Assembly: GCA_964615985.1 (NCBI GenBank)
Contig: CAZTQX010000001.1
Coordinates: 18,978-82,977, forward strand
Direction: 5' to 3'
Length of the DNA stretch: 64,000 bases
DNA from: an uncultured Gammaproteobacteria bacterium
Lineage (GTDB): Bacteria; Pseudomonadota; Gammaproteobacteria; JAUZRS01
Shown here in pieces: positions 10,462-21,549 of this stretch (positions are counted from its first letter, which is position 1; each line of letters begins with the position of its first letter). A program made the position numbers and the translations under genes. The notes under the pieces were generated by a model. The model was given only the letters and a program-made list of their open reading frames with translations, was not told the DNA's origin and did not search any database.

Positions 10462-13191
10462 ATGATCAGTAATTTGTTTAAAAAAGTGTTTGGCAGTCGC
10501 AATGACCGAGTGATTAAGGAGCTATCGAAAGAGGTGGCCTCAATTTCGGTCTTAGAACCCGACTGTGAATCCTTGAGTGATGAAGAGTTAAGAGCCAAAA
10601 CCGAATCGTTTCGGCAGCGCTTGCAAGCAGGAGAGACCATAGAGGCTTTGTTGCCCGAAGCCTTTGCAGTCGTGCGCGAAGGGGGTAAACGGGCTTTGGG
10701 TATGCGTCATTTTGATGAGCAGTTGATCGGTGCAATGGTGCTGAACGATGGCAAAATTGCTGAAATGCGCACCGGTGAGGGTAAAACTTTGGTGGCGACC
10801 TTGGCGGTGTATCTGAATGCCTTGTCGGGCAAAGGCGTTCACGTGGTGACGGTCAATGATTATTTGGCTTACCGTGACTCCGATTGGATGGGCAAACTGT
10901 ATAATTTTTTGGATCTCAGTTACGGCGTGATTGTCGCGGGCATGGATCAAGAGAAACGTCGCGCCGCTTACGAGGCGGACATCACCTACGGTACCAATAA
11001 CGAGTTTGGTTTTGATTATCTGCGTGACAATATGGCCTTCTCATTGGAGGAGAAAGTGCAGCGTGAGTTGAACTTTGCCATTATCGATGAAGTGGATTCG
11101 ATCCTCATTGATGAAGCGCGTACCCCGCTGATTATTTCGGGGCCGGCCAATGACAACGCTGAGTTGTATCGGCGCATCAATACTTTGGTACCCAATTTGA
11201 CCTTGCAAGAGGAAGAAGAGGGCCCTGGCGATTACAGCATTGAAGAGAAGAGCAAACAGGTCTATCTCACCGAAGCCGGTCATGAAAAGGTAGAGCAGTT
11301 GCTGACCACCGAGGGGCTATTGCAAGAGGGCGAGAGCCTTTACGATGCCGCTCACATCAGCCTGATGCACCACATCAACGCTGGCGTAAGGGCGCATGTG
11401 ATCTATCAAAAAGATGTGGATTACATCGTCAAAGACGGTCAGATTGTGATTGTCGATGAATTTACCGGTCGCACAATGGAAGGGCGACGCTGGTCGGAAG
11501 GTCTGCATCAAGCGGTGGAGGCCAAAGAGGGTGTTGATGTTCAAAATGAAAATCAGACTCTGGCTTCTATTACCTTCCAAAATTATTTCCGCCTCTATGA
11601 AAAACTGTCGGGTATGACCGGTACTGCGGATACGGAAGCGTTTGAGTTCCAACAAATTTACGGGTTAGAAGTGGTGGTATTGCCAACTCATCTACCGATG
11701 CAGCGTAAAGATCTCTCCGACTTGGTTTTCTTGACCACAGAAGAGAAGTATCAGGCGATCATTGATGACATTGAAGAGTGTGTAAAACGTCAGCAACCAG
11801 TTTTGGTGGGTACCACCTCCATTGAAACATCAGAGTACCTCTCACAGTTGTTGAAGAAGAGAAAGCTCAAACATGAAGTATTGAACGCCAAACAGCATGA
11901 GCGTGAGGCGGGCATTGTCGCCAATGCGGGTTGTTCAGGTGCGGTCACCATTGCCACCAACATGGCGGGTCGTGGTACCGACATTGTTTTGGGTGGTAGC
12001 TTGGTAGTGGAGCTAAAAGAGTTGGGCGAGATCAGCGCAGATAAAAAAGCGCAGCGGGAAGCGGATTGGCAAGTGCGTCATGATGCGGTTTTAAAATCTG
12101 GTGGTCTGCACATCATCGGTACCGAGCGGCATGAATCGCGGCGAATTGATAACCAGTTACGTGGTCGTGCGGGTCGTCAAGGGGATGAGGGTTCCACTCG
12201 GTTTTATCTCTCTTTAGAAGATAATCTGATGCGTATTTTTGCTTCGGATCGAGTCTCTAATTTGATGCAGAAATTGGGCATGGAAGAGGGTGAAGCGATT
12301 GAACACCCGTGGGTTACCAAAGCGATTGAAAATGCCCAACGGAAGGTAGAAGCGCACAATTTCGATATGCGTAAAAATCTGTTGGAATACGACGATGTGG
12401 CCAACGATCAGCGCAAAGTGATCTACGAGCAACGCAACAGTCTGCTCTCCAGTGAAGATACCAGCGAGATCATTCAAGCGATTCGAGAGGATGTGGTCAA
12501 TGGCATTATTGATCAGTACATTCCGCCTGGCTCCTTGGATGAGCAGTGGGATGTGGCGGGTTGCGCCGAGTCTCTGGAGCATGAGCTGGGCGAGGCGATG
12601 GCGTTGCAGGAGTGGCTGAAAGCTGACGAGGATTTGCATGAAGAGGGTTTGAGAAGTCGTATTGTGCAGACCTTGGAAGAGCGTTACCAACTCAAAGAAG
12701 AGATGGCAGGTGCGGAATCACTGCGCCGCTTTGAAAAAGCCGTGATGTTGCAAGTGTTGGATACGCAGTGGAAAGACCATTTGGCGGCGATGGATTATTT
12801 GCGTCAAAGCATCGGCCTGCGGGGCTACGCGCAGAAAAACCCGAAACAAGAGTACAAACGCGAATCGTTTGAGATGTTCACCCAGTTGCTGGATCAGGTC
12901 AAACAAGAAGTTGTTGTGGTGCTGTCGCGGATTGAGGTGCAAAACGACGATGCGGAGCGGATGGAGGAGAGTCAGCGCCAGAGTGCGCCGATGAACTATC
13001 AACACGCTGCCACCGATGTGTTGGGACAAGTTGGGCCAGAGTCAGAGTCAGAGTCAGAGCCAGTCGCAGCGGAAGAGGGCGAAGAACAGCATACTCCGTA
13101 TGTGCGTGAGCAGCCAAAATTGGGTCGTAACGACCCTTGTTGGTGTGACTCTGGGAAGAAGTTCAAGCAGTGCCACGGTAAATTAACGTAA
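10462..13191 (+). CDS. secA: preprotein translocase ATPase SecA
   Basis: 909 aa with the DEAD-like motor ([13 protein letters not shown]) and the C-terminal zinc-binding [14 protein letters not shown] preceded by an acidic SESESE linker. Confidence 0.97.
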   Translation: MISNLFKKVFGSRNDRVIKELSKEVASISVLEPDCESLSDEELRAKTESFRQRLQAGETIEALLPEAFAVVREGGKRALGMRHFDEQLIGAMVLNDGKIAEMRTGEGKTLVATLAVYLNALSGKGVHVVTVNDYLAYRDSDWMGKLYNFLDLSYGVIVAGMDQEKRRAAYEADITYGTNNEFGFDYLRDNMAFSLEEKVQRELNFAIIDEVDSILIDEARTPLIISGPANDNAELYRRINTLVPNLTLQEEEEGPGDYSIEEKSKQVYLTEAGHEKVEQLLTTEGLLQEGESLYDAAHISLMHHINAGVRAHVIYQKDVDYIVKDGQIVIVDEFTGRTMEGRRWSEGLHQAVEAKEGVDVQNENQTLASITFQNYFRLYEKLSGMTGTADTEAFEFQQIYGLEVVVLPTHLPMQRKDLSDLVFLTTEEKYQAIIDDIEECVKRQQPVLVGTTSIETSEYLSQLLKKRKLKHEVLNAKQHEREAGIVANAGCSGAVTIATNMAGRGTDIVLGGSLVVELKELGEISADKKAQREADWQVRHDAVLKSGGLHIIGTERHESRRIDNQLRGRAGRQGDEGSTRFYLSLEDNLMRIFASDRVSNLMQKLGMEEGEAIEHPWVTKAIENAQRKVEAHNFDMRKNLLEYDDVANDQRKVIYEQRNSLLSSEDTSEIIQAIREDVVNGIIDQYIPPGSLDEQWDVAGCAESLEHELGEAMALQEWLKADEDLHEEGLRSRIVQTLEERYQLKEEMAGAESLRRFEKAVMLQVLDTQWKDHLAAMDYLRQSIGLRGYAQKNPKQEYKRESFEMFTQLLDQVKQEVVVVLSRIEVQNDDAERMEESQRQSAPMNYQHAATDVLGQVGPESESESEPVAAEEGEEQHTPYVREQPKLGRNDPCWCDSGKKFKQCHGKLT

Positions 13192-13211
13192 GTCAAAATC
13201 GGAATAAAATC

Positions 13212-14426
13212 ATGGCGGTAAAACCAGAAACAATGCTCAAACTGCACCCCGTATTGGGCGTGCGTTTGGCCAGTGTGGCTTGCGGGATTAAAAAAAGCGG
13301 CGCTGACGATCTGGTGGTGATGGAATTGACCGCCGGTTCCAGTACGGCAGCGGTCTTTACCCAGAATGCTTTTTGTGCAGCGCCAGTGACCTTGGCCAAG
13401 CAGTTTTTGGCCGAACAGGCACCGAGTTATTGGTTAATCAACTCGGGTAACGCCAATGCGGGTACCGGTCAAGCCGGATTGGCCGATGCGCGTCAAAGCT
13501 GTCAGTGGTTGGCCGAGGCCACAGGAGTGGCCACCGAACAAGTGTTGCCATTTTCTACGGGCGTGATAGGTGAGAGTCTGCCCATGAACTGCTTTCAGAT
13601 CGGTATTCCGCAAGCATTGGCGGCCTTGGGTGAGGATCATTGGTCAGAGGCTGCGGGGGGTATTATGACCACCGACACCTGCGCCAAAGGGTTCTCTAAG
13701 CAGATTGAGATTGGTGGCCAGATATTGACCATTACCGGTATCGCCAAAGGTTCAGGGATGATTCACCCCAATATGGCCACCATGCTGGCTTACTTGGCCA
13801 CCGATGCCAAAGTGAGTCAGGCCGACCTGCAAATGGCGCTGCAAGTGGCGGTAAAACCGTCCTTTAACAGCATCACCGTTGATGGCGACACCTCGACCAA
13901 TGATGCTTGCATGTTGGTGGCTACGGGCAAAAGTGGTTTGGAGTTAAATCAACACTCTGAACATTGGCCAGCGTTTCAAGACCTCATTAATGAGGCGTGC
14001 AAGGCGTTGGCGTTGGCCATTGTGCGCGATGCAGAAGGGGCGACCAAGTTCATCACCTTGCAGATTGAATCAGGACGGGACGAAGATGAGTGCCGTCAAG
14101 TGGCCTTTACCATCGCTCACTCGCCACTGGTGAAAACCGCCTTTTTTGCCAGTGATCCCAATTGGGGACGGATTTTGGCTGCCGTGGGGCGTTCGGGTCT
14201 GCCGGAGTTGGAGGTGGAAACGATCTCCATCTATCTGGATCAGGTCTGCATTGTCCGCGAGGGCAATCCCGCCAAAGAGTACCGTGAAGCTGCGGGTCAA
14301 GCGGTGATGGATCAAAAAGAGATCACGGTGCGGGTTGAACTGGGTCGTGGCGAAGCGCAGGCCACGGTTTGGAGCAGCGATCTCTCTTACGATTACGTTC
14401 GTATCAACGCCGAATACCGCAGTTAG
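13212..14426 (+). CDS. argJ: bifunctional glutamate N-acetyltransferase / amino-acid acetyltransferase
   Basis: 404 aa with ArgJ motifs, including the self-cleavage site region ATMLAYLATDA. Confidence 0.9.
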   Translation: MAVKPETMLKLHPVLGVRLASVACGIKKSGADDLVVMELTAGSSTAAVFTQNAFCAAPVTLAKQFLAEQAPSYWLINSGNANAGTGQAGLADARQSCQWLAEATGVATEQVLPFSTGVIGESLPMNCFQIGIPQALAALGEDHWSEAAGGIMTTDTCAKGFSKQIEIGGQILTITGIAKGSGMIHPNMATMLAYLATDAKVSQADLQMALQVAVKPSFNSITVDGDTSTNDACMLVATGKSGLELNQHSEHWPAFQDLINEACKALALAIVRDAEGATKFITLQIESGRDEDECRQVAFTIAHSPLVKTAFFASDPNWGRILAAVGRSGLPELEVETISIYLDQVCIVREGNPAKEYREAAGQAVMDQKEITVRVELGRGEAQATVWSSDLSYDYVRINAEYRS

Positions 14427-14435
14427 ATTTTTTCT

Positions 14436-15395
14436 GTGAGTGGCAAATCTCTGCAAGTGGTGGTGGCAGCGGTCTTCGATCTTGAAGGTCGTCTGCTGAT
14501 TACTCAGCGGGCGGAACAAGCGCATCAAGGTGGCTTGTGGGAGTTGCCCGGCGGTAAGCAAGAGTCTGGTGAGAGTTTTTTTGCGGCGTTGCAACGGGAG
14601 CTGCTGGAAGAGGTGGGGATTCGTATCACGGCCTCTGTGCCACTGATCCAAGTTACCCATCACTATCCCGATTTGAGTGTCTGTCTGCATCTGTGGCGGG
14701 TGACTGCTTTTGAAGGTAAGGCTATAGGGCATGAAGGCCAGCCATTGCGTTGGATTGCTTTATCCGAGTTGCCGAACTATCCCTTCCCCAAAGCCAATCG
14801 TGCCCTGTTTCAGGCACTGAGCCTACCCGATCTCTATCTGATTACCCCCGATCTTGAAAATAACGACATAAATGCTTTTTTAAAGGCTCTGGAGCAAAGT
14901 TTGGCAGCGGGAATCAAGCTGGTGCAGCTACGAGTTAAAAGTCTTGTGGGTGCCGAATATGAAGCTTTGGCGCAGCAGGTGGTGGAGCTGTCGCACCGCT
15001 GGGGAGCAAAAGTCTTGCTCAATGCTCATCCTGATATTTTATCGAGGGTGCAGGCCGATGGGGTTCATTTGAGTCAGGGTTTGGCCGCTTCGTTTTCACA
15101 ACGTCCTGTTGATGATGAGTTTCTATTGGCGGTTTCTTGCCATGATGAGGCCTCGCTACGGCAGGCGGAGTTAATCGGAGCCGATTTTGCCGTCTTGTCA
15201 CCAGTGCAGCAGACCCAGAGCCACCCTGAAGCTGAGGCCTTGGGTTGGTCGGAGTTTCAGCGCTTGGTTGTTGCGGCGGGTTTGCCGATCTACGCCTTGG
15301 GGGGGGTGGGTCGAGAAGATATTTTAACCGCTCAAAGGCAGGGTGCCCAAGGGGTGGCCGCCATTAGAGCATTATGGAGAGAGTGTGATGAATAA
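14436..15395 (+). CDS. mutT: NUDIX 8-oxo-dGTPase (MutT) fused to a thiamine-phosphate-synthase-like (ThiE/TenI fold) domain
   Basis: N-terminal Nudix box GGKQESGESFFAALQRELLEEVGI. The C-terminal ~200 aa forms a TIM-barrel ThiE-like domain. Same fusion and position as downstream of argJ in Pseudomonas. Confidence 0.85.
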   Translation: MSGKSLQVVVAAVFDLEGRLLITQRAEQAHQGGLWELPGGKQESGESFFAALQRELLEEVGIRITASVPLIQVTHHYPDLSVCLHLWRVTAFEGKAIGHEGQPLRWIALSELPNYPFPKANRALFQALSLPDLYLITPDLENNDINAFLKALEQSLAAGIKLVQLRVKSLVGAEYEALAQQVVELSHRWGAKVLLNAHPDILSRVQADGVHLSQGLAASFSQRPVDDEFLLAVSCHDEASLRQAELIGADFAVLSPVQQTQSHPEAEALGWSEFQRLVVAAGLPIYALGGVGREDILTAQRQGAQGVAAIRALWRECDE

Positions 15396-15843
15396 AATGA
15401 TGATTAAGAAAATATTTTTGCTGTGTTTGTTGAGTGGTTGGGTGATGCTCAGTGAGGCTGGTGTGCCTTTTAAGTTGATGTTGGACATAAATGAGTGTGC
15501 CAATCAGCAGGGAGAGTGCCGTTTACATGCTGCCCAGGGAGGCGCTGTTGTACTCTCTTTTGATCATAAGGTGGAAGCCTTGCGGCCTTTTACGGTAGAT
15601 CTCAAGCTTAGCGAATGGCCTACCGAGATTGAAGCCATAGAGCTTAATTTTAAAATGGCCTCGATGGATATGGGTAAAAATCGCTACCGTCTGCTGAAAC
15701 AGGATGACGGTCGTTGGCAGGGTCGGGTGGTTTTACCGGTCTGTGGTGCGGGTGGCAGCGAGTGGTTGGTGGAGATTCAGTTAAAGAGTTCGAACGGCAG
15801 TTGGCACGGTACGGTACCTTTTCGACTGCACGGTAAATCGTAA
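15388..15843 (+). CDS. small secreted protein of unknown function
   Basis: The internal Met MNKMMIKKIFLLCLLSGWVMLSEA reads as a signal peptide. Overlaps the preceding gene's end by 8 nt. I recognise no domain. Confidence 0.5.
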   Translation: MNKMMIKKIFLLCLLSGWVMLSEAGVPFKLMLDINECANQQGECRLHAAQGGAVVLSFDHKVEALRPFTVDLKLSEWPTEIEAIELNFKMASMDMGKNRYRLLKQDDGRWQGRVVLPVCGAGGSEWLVEIQLKSSNGSWHGTVPFRLHGKS

Positions 15844-15845
15844 TG

Positions 15846-16655
15846 TTAAAGGATGCAGCAGCCTAGCTGAAATTCAACGTCACTCTGTACCTGATCAGCC
15901 TTTTTCTCCGGTGCAGTCTGGGCAAAAAAGCGAATGGTAAAACGGTGTTTGCCAACGCTCATTTCAGGAAACAGACCCGGTGGTCCCGAGATGTAGATGC
16001 GGATCATCTGCAAGGGATGGGTGGGGTTGAGACTCAATTGAAAGAAGCCATTATGGGCTGTTTGCAGTGTGGTTTCGGGAGTTTCACGAATGGCATCGAG
16101 AATGGTATCAATGGCTATTTTTACTGTATCAAAGGGCTGTAACCAGGTTTTTATGGCACCGTGACGTTCCTGAGAGGGGCGTTTGAGCCAATGATGATAG
16201 GCAGGTAGATCAAAACTGCAGGTGTTGCCTGAGGCGGTGCGGCGACGTCGAATGGCGTTTAAAAATTCATTGTTCTGAAAATTTTGGTTAAGTTGACCTT
16301 TTTGGTTGTGCAGTTGTTCAATCAGAGGGGCTTGACACTCTAAGATAGGAATGAGTTGCAGTTGTTTAAGGTCTGAGTCGGGCGAGTTTTGAATGGCCGA
16401 TTTTTGCCGCTCCAGCTCCTTAATCACTTCACCCTTAAGATCGCCACGGGTGGTTAAATTGATGATTTCCAGCAGGGTGCTGATGGCAGCTTGGGTATCC
16501 CAAGCGGACTTGCGTTCCAGATGAAAGTCAATGCGTTGAAACAGTTGCTGCAAACGCAGAAAAGTTCGAATCCGTTCGGTAACAGGTTGCTCAAAAATTA
16601 GCTCATCTGACACAATTTGTTTACCCATTGGTAAATTAGAATAAAAGTGAGACAT
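15846..16655 (-). CDS. zapD: cell division protein ZapD
   Basis: 269 aa located next to coaE, as in E. coli yacF (zapD). Confidence 0.85.
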   Translation of the reverse strand: MSHFYSNLPMGKQIVSDELIFEQPVTERIRTFLRLQQLFQRIDFHLERKSAWDTQAAISTLLEIINLTTRGDLKGEVIKELERQKSAIQNSPDSDLKQLQLIPILECQAPLIEQLHNQKGQLNQNFQNNEFLNAIRRRRTASGNTCSFDLPAYHHWLKRPSQERHGAIKTWLQPFDTVKIAIDTILDAIRETPETTLQTAHNGFFQLSLNPTHPLQMIRIYISGPPGLFPEMSVGKHRFTIRFFAQTAPEKKADQVQSDVEFQLGCCIL

Positions 16656-16820
16656 TATGGCCTATGCTTGTTGATTACGTTTGCTTCCGTGCAGTTTACA
16701 GATGCCTGACTTTATTCAATTTTTTATAACGCAGTTCCCTTTCAGGGACTGTCTTTATAATAGCTTCTATTCTGGCTTCATTTTCCACAGTTTCGGTCAT
16801 TGAGACAAATCGCTAGATTC

Positions 16821-17477
16821 TCATGGCGGCGATTGTACACCGCTTTTGGCCTTTATGGTCGATTGTTGTTCTTGGTCTTGCTGCAAATAGCCTTGATGCA
16901 GCCGTTTGACCTGTTTTTTCAATGAGTCTAGATTGCCACTGTTGTCGATCACTTCGTCTGCTGCATGCAGACGTTGTTGACGGCTCACTTGTTGTTGAAT
17001 AATGCGTTCTACGTCTGTTTTGCTCTGCTGGTCTCGTTGTGTGACTCGTTGAATTTGCAGTTCCTCTGTCAGATCGACCACCAAAATACGATCCATAGAC
17101 AACTGTTGTTGGGTTTCGAGCAGCAGAGGAATCATCTGGATACAGTAGGGCGGTTCTGGATTTTGTTGCACGAGTTGTTGGCTCTGCTGCTGCATCTGCT
17201 GACGTATCAATGGATGTAGCAGAGCTTCTAACTGCTGTTTGGCCTGTTTATCAGTGAAGATCTTCTGTCGTAGAGCGCTGCGGTTGAGGCTGCCATTGGG
17301 GTGCAAAATGGTCTGGCCAAACCGTTGGCTGATTTGTGTCAGTGCCGGTTGTCCGACCTCTACCAACTCTTTGGCGATCTGATCGGCATCCAGAATGGGA
17401 ATGCCGTATTGAGAAAAGAGGCGTGCCACGCTGGATTTACCACTGCCGATGCCACCGGTAAGACCGATAATCAGCAC
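16821..17477 (-). CDS. coaE: dephospho-CoA kinase
   Basis: 218 aa with the P-loop IGLTGGIGSGKSSV. Confidence 0.92.
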   Translation of the reverse strand: MLIIGLTGGIGSGKSSVARLFSQYGIPILDADQIAKELVEVGQPALTQISQRFGQTILHPNGSLNRSALRQKIFTDKQAKQQLEALLHPLIRQQMQQQSQQLVQQNPEPPYCIQMIPLLLETQQQLSMDRILVVDLTEELQIQRVTQRDQQSKTDVERIIQQQVSRQQRLHAADEVIDNSGNLDSLKKQVKRLHQGYLQQDQEQQSTIKAKSGVQSPP

Positions 17478-17480
17478 GGT

Positions 17481-18350
17481 TTAGCTAAAGTTGAGGTAAT
17501 AATGGTTGATCTGTTCACCCCAGATTAAGCTGATCCAACCGGCAAAAGCGAGGTAAGGGCCGAATGGAATCGGCACATTACGATCTTGTTTTTTCAGCAG
17601 AATAAGTAAAATACCGACGCTGGCACCCAGTATCGAGGAGAGCATGATAATGCCTGGCAGTGCTTGCCAGCCGAGCCAAGCACCCAACATGGCCAGTAAT
17701 TTAAAATCGCCGTAACCCATGCCCTCCTTGCCGGTTAGCAGTTTAAACACCCAGTAGACCGACCAGAGCGCCAGATAACCTGCGATGGCACCCACCAGCG
17801 CCGTGGCAGTGTCGATGGGCGCAATGCTGCTGAGGCTGAGCAGCAGACCCAACCAGAGCAGGGGTTGGGTGATGCTGTCGGGCAGCAGGGTGTGTTGTAG
17901 GTCAATGACACTGAGAGCAATCAGACTCCAAGTAAAGATCAGGCCGGTAAGGGTGAGCCAACTGGCACCAAAATGAGCGGCAATGGCCATCGAGAGCAGG
18001 GCGGTGAGCAGCTCCACCAATGGATATTGCCAAGAGATGTGGGTTCCACAGTGGCGGCAGCGGCCTTTGAGAAACAGGTAGCTGAACAGCGGAATGTTTT
18101 CGATGGCCTTAATGGGCTTTTTGCAGCTGGGGCAGTGGGAGCGCGGACGACTGAGATTGAAGGTTTTGCTTTCAACAGGTTCTTTATCGGGGTCTAGGTA
18201 CTGCTCGCACTCGCTGCGCCATTGGCGCTGCATCATAATGGGAAGACGGGCAATTACGACGTTTAAAAAACTCCCCACCAGCAGGCTAAAGAGGCCGATG
18301 GCAATGATAAAAGCGGTTGGGTTGTGCAGCAGTGGGTCAAATAAGCCCAT
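17481..18350 (-). CDS. pilD: prepilin leader peptidase / N-methyltransferase
   Basis: 289 aa polytopic membrane protein with the Cys cluster CPSC...CRHC typical of PilD/A24 peptidases. Confidence 0.92.
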   Translation of the reverse strand: MGLFDPLLHNPTAFIIAIGLFSLLVGSFLNVVIARLPIMMQRQWRSECEQYLDPDKEPVESKTFNLSRPRSHCPSCKKPIKAIENIPLFSYLFLKGRCRHCGTHISWQYPLVELLTALLSMAIAAHFGASWLTLTGLIFTWSLIALSVIDLQHTLLPDSITQPLLWLGLLLSLSSIAPIDTATALVGAIAGYLALWSVYWVFKLLTGKEGMGYGDFKLLAMLGAWLGWQALPGIIMLSSILGASVGILLILLKKQDRNVPIPFGPYLAFAGWISLIWGEQINHYYLNFS

Positions 18351-18389
18351 GATAAAGTCTGTTCCGTTGGAAAGTGGGAGTGAGCGGCG

Positions 18390-19610
18390 TTAGAAGGCAT
18401 CGCCCATTTTGAAAATCGGCAGATACATGGCGATCACCAAACCACCGACCACCACGCCCAAAAAGGACATGATTAGCGGTTCAAGTAAGCTGGTGAGGGC
18501 ATCGACGGCGTTATCCACCTCTTCTTCATAGAGGTCGGCTACCTTGGCCAACATGCTGTCCAGTGCGCCGGACTCTTCCCCGATGGCCACCATCTGCACC
18601 ACCATATTGGGAAACAGAGCGGTTTGCTGCATGGAGACTTGCAGTTGCTGGCCGCTGGCGGCATCGTCTTTCATCTGCATAATGGCGTTGTAATAGACGC
18701 TGTTGCCAGAGGTGGTAGCCACCGCCTCCATTGCTTCCACCAGCGGCACACCAGCGGTGGACATGGTGGCGAGGGTACGGGCAAAACGAGCAATGGCGGC
18801 TTTTTCGAGCATGTCACCCACCACCGGCAGACGCAGCAGCAGGCGATCGATCATATCGGAGAAGGCTTTGTTATTGGCGCGCAGATAGCTGAACACTTTT
18901 AGGCCGCCAACAATGACCAAGACAATCAGCCACCACCACTTTTGAAAACCTTCGGAGAGCTGCATGACAAATTGGGTGAAGGTGGGCAGTTCACCGCCCA
19001 TGTTTTCAAACAGTTTTTGAAATTCGGGTACCACAAACACCAGCAAAATGGCGGTGACCACAAACGCCACCACCAGTACCGCCACTGGGTAGAAGAGGGC
19101 TTTTTTGATTTTGGCTTTGAGGGCTTCGGTCTTCTCTTTGTAGGTGGCGATTTTGGTCAGCAAAGATTCCAATGTGCCGGACTGTTCACCGGCATGCACC
19201 AGGCTGCAAAACAGATTATCGAACTGCGCGGGGTGTTTGCTCAGTGCGGTACCCATTGTGGAGCCGGATTCAATGTCGCTTTTGATGCTGAAAATCAACT
19301 CCTGCATAGCAGGGTTGTCATGGCCTTGGCCGACGATTTCAAACGACTGCACCAAGGGAACCCCAGCGGTCATCATGGTGGACATCTGCCGAGCAAAGAT
19401 GGAGATGTCTTTGCTGGTGATTTTTTTACTGCCGCTGCTAAACAGCGGTTTGGTTTTTTTACGCACCCGTAAAGGGGTGATGCCCTGGCGGCGCAGCTGC
19501 GCTTTGGCCAAGTCAGCATTGACGGCGTTGATTTGGCCTTTAACCTTATGGCCTTTATTGTCTTTGCCCTCCCAGTCAAAACTGGTCTTTGCACTATTTT
19601 TGCTCGCCAT
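18390..19610 (-). CDS. pilC: type IV pilus platform protein PilC (GspF family)
   Basis: 406 aa with two GspF repeats and TM segments. Confidence 0.93.
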   Translation of the reverse strand: MASKNSAKTSFDWEGKDNKGHKVKGQINAVNADLAKAQLRRQGITPLRVRKKTKPLFSSGSKKITSKDISIFARQMSTMMTAGVPLVQSFEIVGQGHDNPAMQELIFSIKSDIESGSTMGTALSKHPAQFDNLFCSLVHAGEQSGTLESLLTKIATYKEKTEALKAKIKKALFYPVAVLVVAFVVTAILLVFVVPEFQKLFENMGGELPTFTQFVMQLSEGFQKWWWLIVLVIVGGLKVFSYLRANNKAFSDMIDRLLLRLPVVGDMLEKAAIARFARTLATMSTAGVPLVEAMEAVATTSGNSVYYNAIMQMKDDAASGQQLQVSMQQTALFPNMVVQMVAIGEESGALDSMLAKVADLYEEEVDNAVDALTSLLEPLIMSFLGVVVGGLVIAMYLPIFKMGDAF

Positions 19611-19615
19611 GGCAG

Positions 19616-21331
19616 CTATTCCTTGGTGACTCGGTTGGCTTCTTCAAGGCTGATGTCTCCCATTTTAACCTTGTTAAGTGCTGCTCGACGTAGATCCATT
19701 ACGCCCTCTTGTTTGGCTTGGTCGGCAATTTCAATGGAATTGCCGCCCGCCATAATAATACGTCCCATTTCGTCGCTGATGGGCATCACTTGATAGATGC
19801 CCACTCGTCCTTTGCAGCCGTTGTTGCAGTAGTCACAGCCTGGTGCATTGTAGACTTTAATATTGCGTGCCTCTTTTTCATCGAAGCCTTCTTGAATCAG
19901 TGTTTTGCGTGGTACGTCTTCGATAATTTTGCATTTTGTGCAGAGTTTCCTGGCCAACCTTTGCGAAATAATCAACGACACCGAGGTGGCGATGTTAAAG
20001 GGAGCAACACCCATATTAGCCAGTCGCGAGAGGGTCTGCGGAGCATCGTTGGTGTGCAGCGTTGAGAGTACCAAATGGCCGGTCTGTGCTGCTTTGATGG
20101 CGATGTTTGCGGTCTCAATATCACGAATTTCACCGACCATAATGATATCGGGATCCTGACGCAAAAAGGCACGTAAAGCTTCAGCAAACGTTAGGCCAAC
20201 GCGGGTATTAACATTGACTTGGTTGATGCCTGGCAGATTGATTTCGGCAGGATCTTCGGCGGTGGAGATGTTGCGATCAATGGTATTGAGCATGTTCAGA
20301 CCGGTGTACAGCGAGACGGTTTTGCCGCTGCCGGTGGGGCCTGTGACCAAGATCATGCCGTAGGGTTGTAACAGGGCTTTTTGATAGACTTCTTGCTGCT
20401 CTTTTTCGAAACCGAGGCTCTCGATGCCCAACTTGGTGCTGCTGGGATCGAGAATCCGCATGACGATTTTTTCGCCAAACAGCGTTGGACAGGTGTTGAC
20501 GCGAAAGTCGATGGCGCGATTTTTCGACAGTTTCATCTTGATGCGGCCATCTTGAGGCACTCGTCGTTCGGAGATGTCCATGCGTGACATGACTTTAATC
20601 CGAGAAATGATGCGGGTGGACATCGCTTGGGGTGGGGTGGACATCTCTTGCAAAATGCCGTCAATGCGGTAGCGGATACGGAAGGTATTTTCGTAGGGTT
20701 CGACGTGAATGTCCGATGCGCTTTTATTGATGGCATCGAGCATGACTTTGTTAACAAAACGCACCACGGGGGTGTCGTCAATTTCGGAGCCTGGGTCGTT
20801 GTCGTTTTTTTCATCTTCGTCGGAGGCGATCTCTAAGTTATCGAGATCCGCGTCTAGGATGGTATCCATGCTGGCGGCGTGTTGGCTGCTCAGAAATTGT
20901 TGAATTTTTTTATTGAGTTTGTCTTCTTCCACCAAAATGGGGTCGGTGGAGATGCCAGTATGAAATTTAATCTCATCCAAGGCCGTGAGATTGGTGGGGT
21001 CGGAGATAGCGACAAACAGACGCGGCCCGCGTTTTAACAGCGGCAGGGCGTGGTTGGTTTCGATAAGATCGCCATCGACCAGGGTCGGTGGCAGTGAGTC
21101 CATCTCCATGGAGTCGAGATCCAGTAGGGCAAGGCCAAACTCTTGCGAGGCAGCAATGGCAACGGCGAGGCTGGAGGCGAGACCCTCTTCGACCAAGATG
21201 GTGACAATGGATTTTTTGCTTTTTTGGGCCTTGGCAACCGCTTGGATAATATTCTCTTCATCAACAATACCGTCTTGCACTAAGCGTCGAGGCAGTCCAC
21301 CCAGACTTAAGTTGGTATGTGTTTTCGCCAT
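19616..21331 (-). CDS. pilB: type IV pilus assembly ATPase PilB
   Basis: 571 aa with Walker A GPTGSGKT, a tetracysteine motif CxxC...CxxC, and a GspE N-terminal domain. Confidence 0.95.
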   Translation of the reverse strand: MAKTHTNLSLGGLPRRLVQDGIVDEENIIQAVAKAQKSKKSIVTILVEEGLASSLAVAIAASQEFGLALLDLDSMEMDSLPPTLVDGDLIETNHALPLLKRGPRLFVAISDPTNLTALDEIKFHTGISTDPILVEEDKLNKKIQQFLSSQHAASMDTILDADLDNLEIASDEDEKNDNDPGSEIDDTPVVRFVNKVMLDAINKSASDIHVEPYENTFRIRYRIDGILQEMSTPPQAMSTRIISRIKVMSRMDISERRVPQDGRIKMKLSKNRAIDFRVNTCPTLFGEKIVMRILDPSSTKLGIESLGFEKEQQEVYQKALLQPYGMILVTGPTGSGKTVSLYTGLNMLNTIDRNISTAEDPAEINLPGINQVNVNTRVGLTFAEALRAFLRQDPDIIMVGEIRDIETANIAIKAAQTGHLVLSTLHTNDAPQTLSRLANMGVAPFNIATSVSLIISQRLARKLCTKCKIIEDVPRKTLIQEGFDEKEARNIKVYNAPGCDYCNNGCKGRVGIYQVMPISDEMGRIIMAGGNSIEIADQAKQEGVMDLRRAALNKVKMGDISLEEANRVTKE

Positions 21332-21488
21332 TGATCGGGCTTCCTGTGGCTTGGATGAGAGAGGATTGCTTTAATGATCACGCAATTAAGGCATAAATTG
21401 CTGAATCTGTCCATATTGGCTTGCTGAAAAGGTGATGGGTGGTTTGTTCTGCTTGGATCGGCTGGGGTGAAAGTAGGTTTAGGAGGTA

Positions 21489-21517
21489 CGGAAATAACAA
21501 AGCCCCTGAATAGGGGC
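21489..21517 (-). terminator. rho-independent terminator after the second pilin gene
   Basis: GCCCCT-gaat-AGGGGC hairpin (6 bp perfect stem, 4-nt loop), followed on the minus strand by TTTGTTATTT. It lies 33 nt beyond the pilin stop. Confidence 0.6.
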
Positions 21518-21549
21518 GTTGTTGGTGGAGCTGTCGCTCGAGAGCTGTC

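Noticed and set aside
13036-13062. gtcagagtcagagtcagag tandem hexanucleotide repeat
   Set aside because: It encodes the acidic SESESE linker preceding the SecA C-terminal zinc finger. It is neither a CRISPR array nor an intergenic repeat.
16656-16820. Possible yacG (gyrase inhibitor) between zapD and coaE, as in E. coli
   Set aside because: The only ORF there (minus strand, ~34 aa, MTETVENEARIEAIIK...) lacks the CxxC zinc-ribbon of YacG. There is not enough evidence to call a gene.
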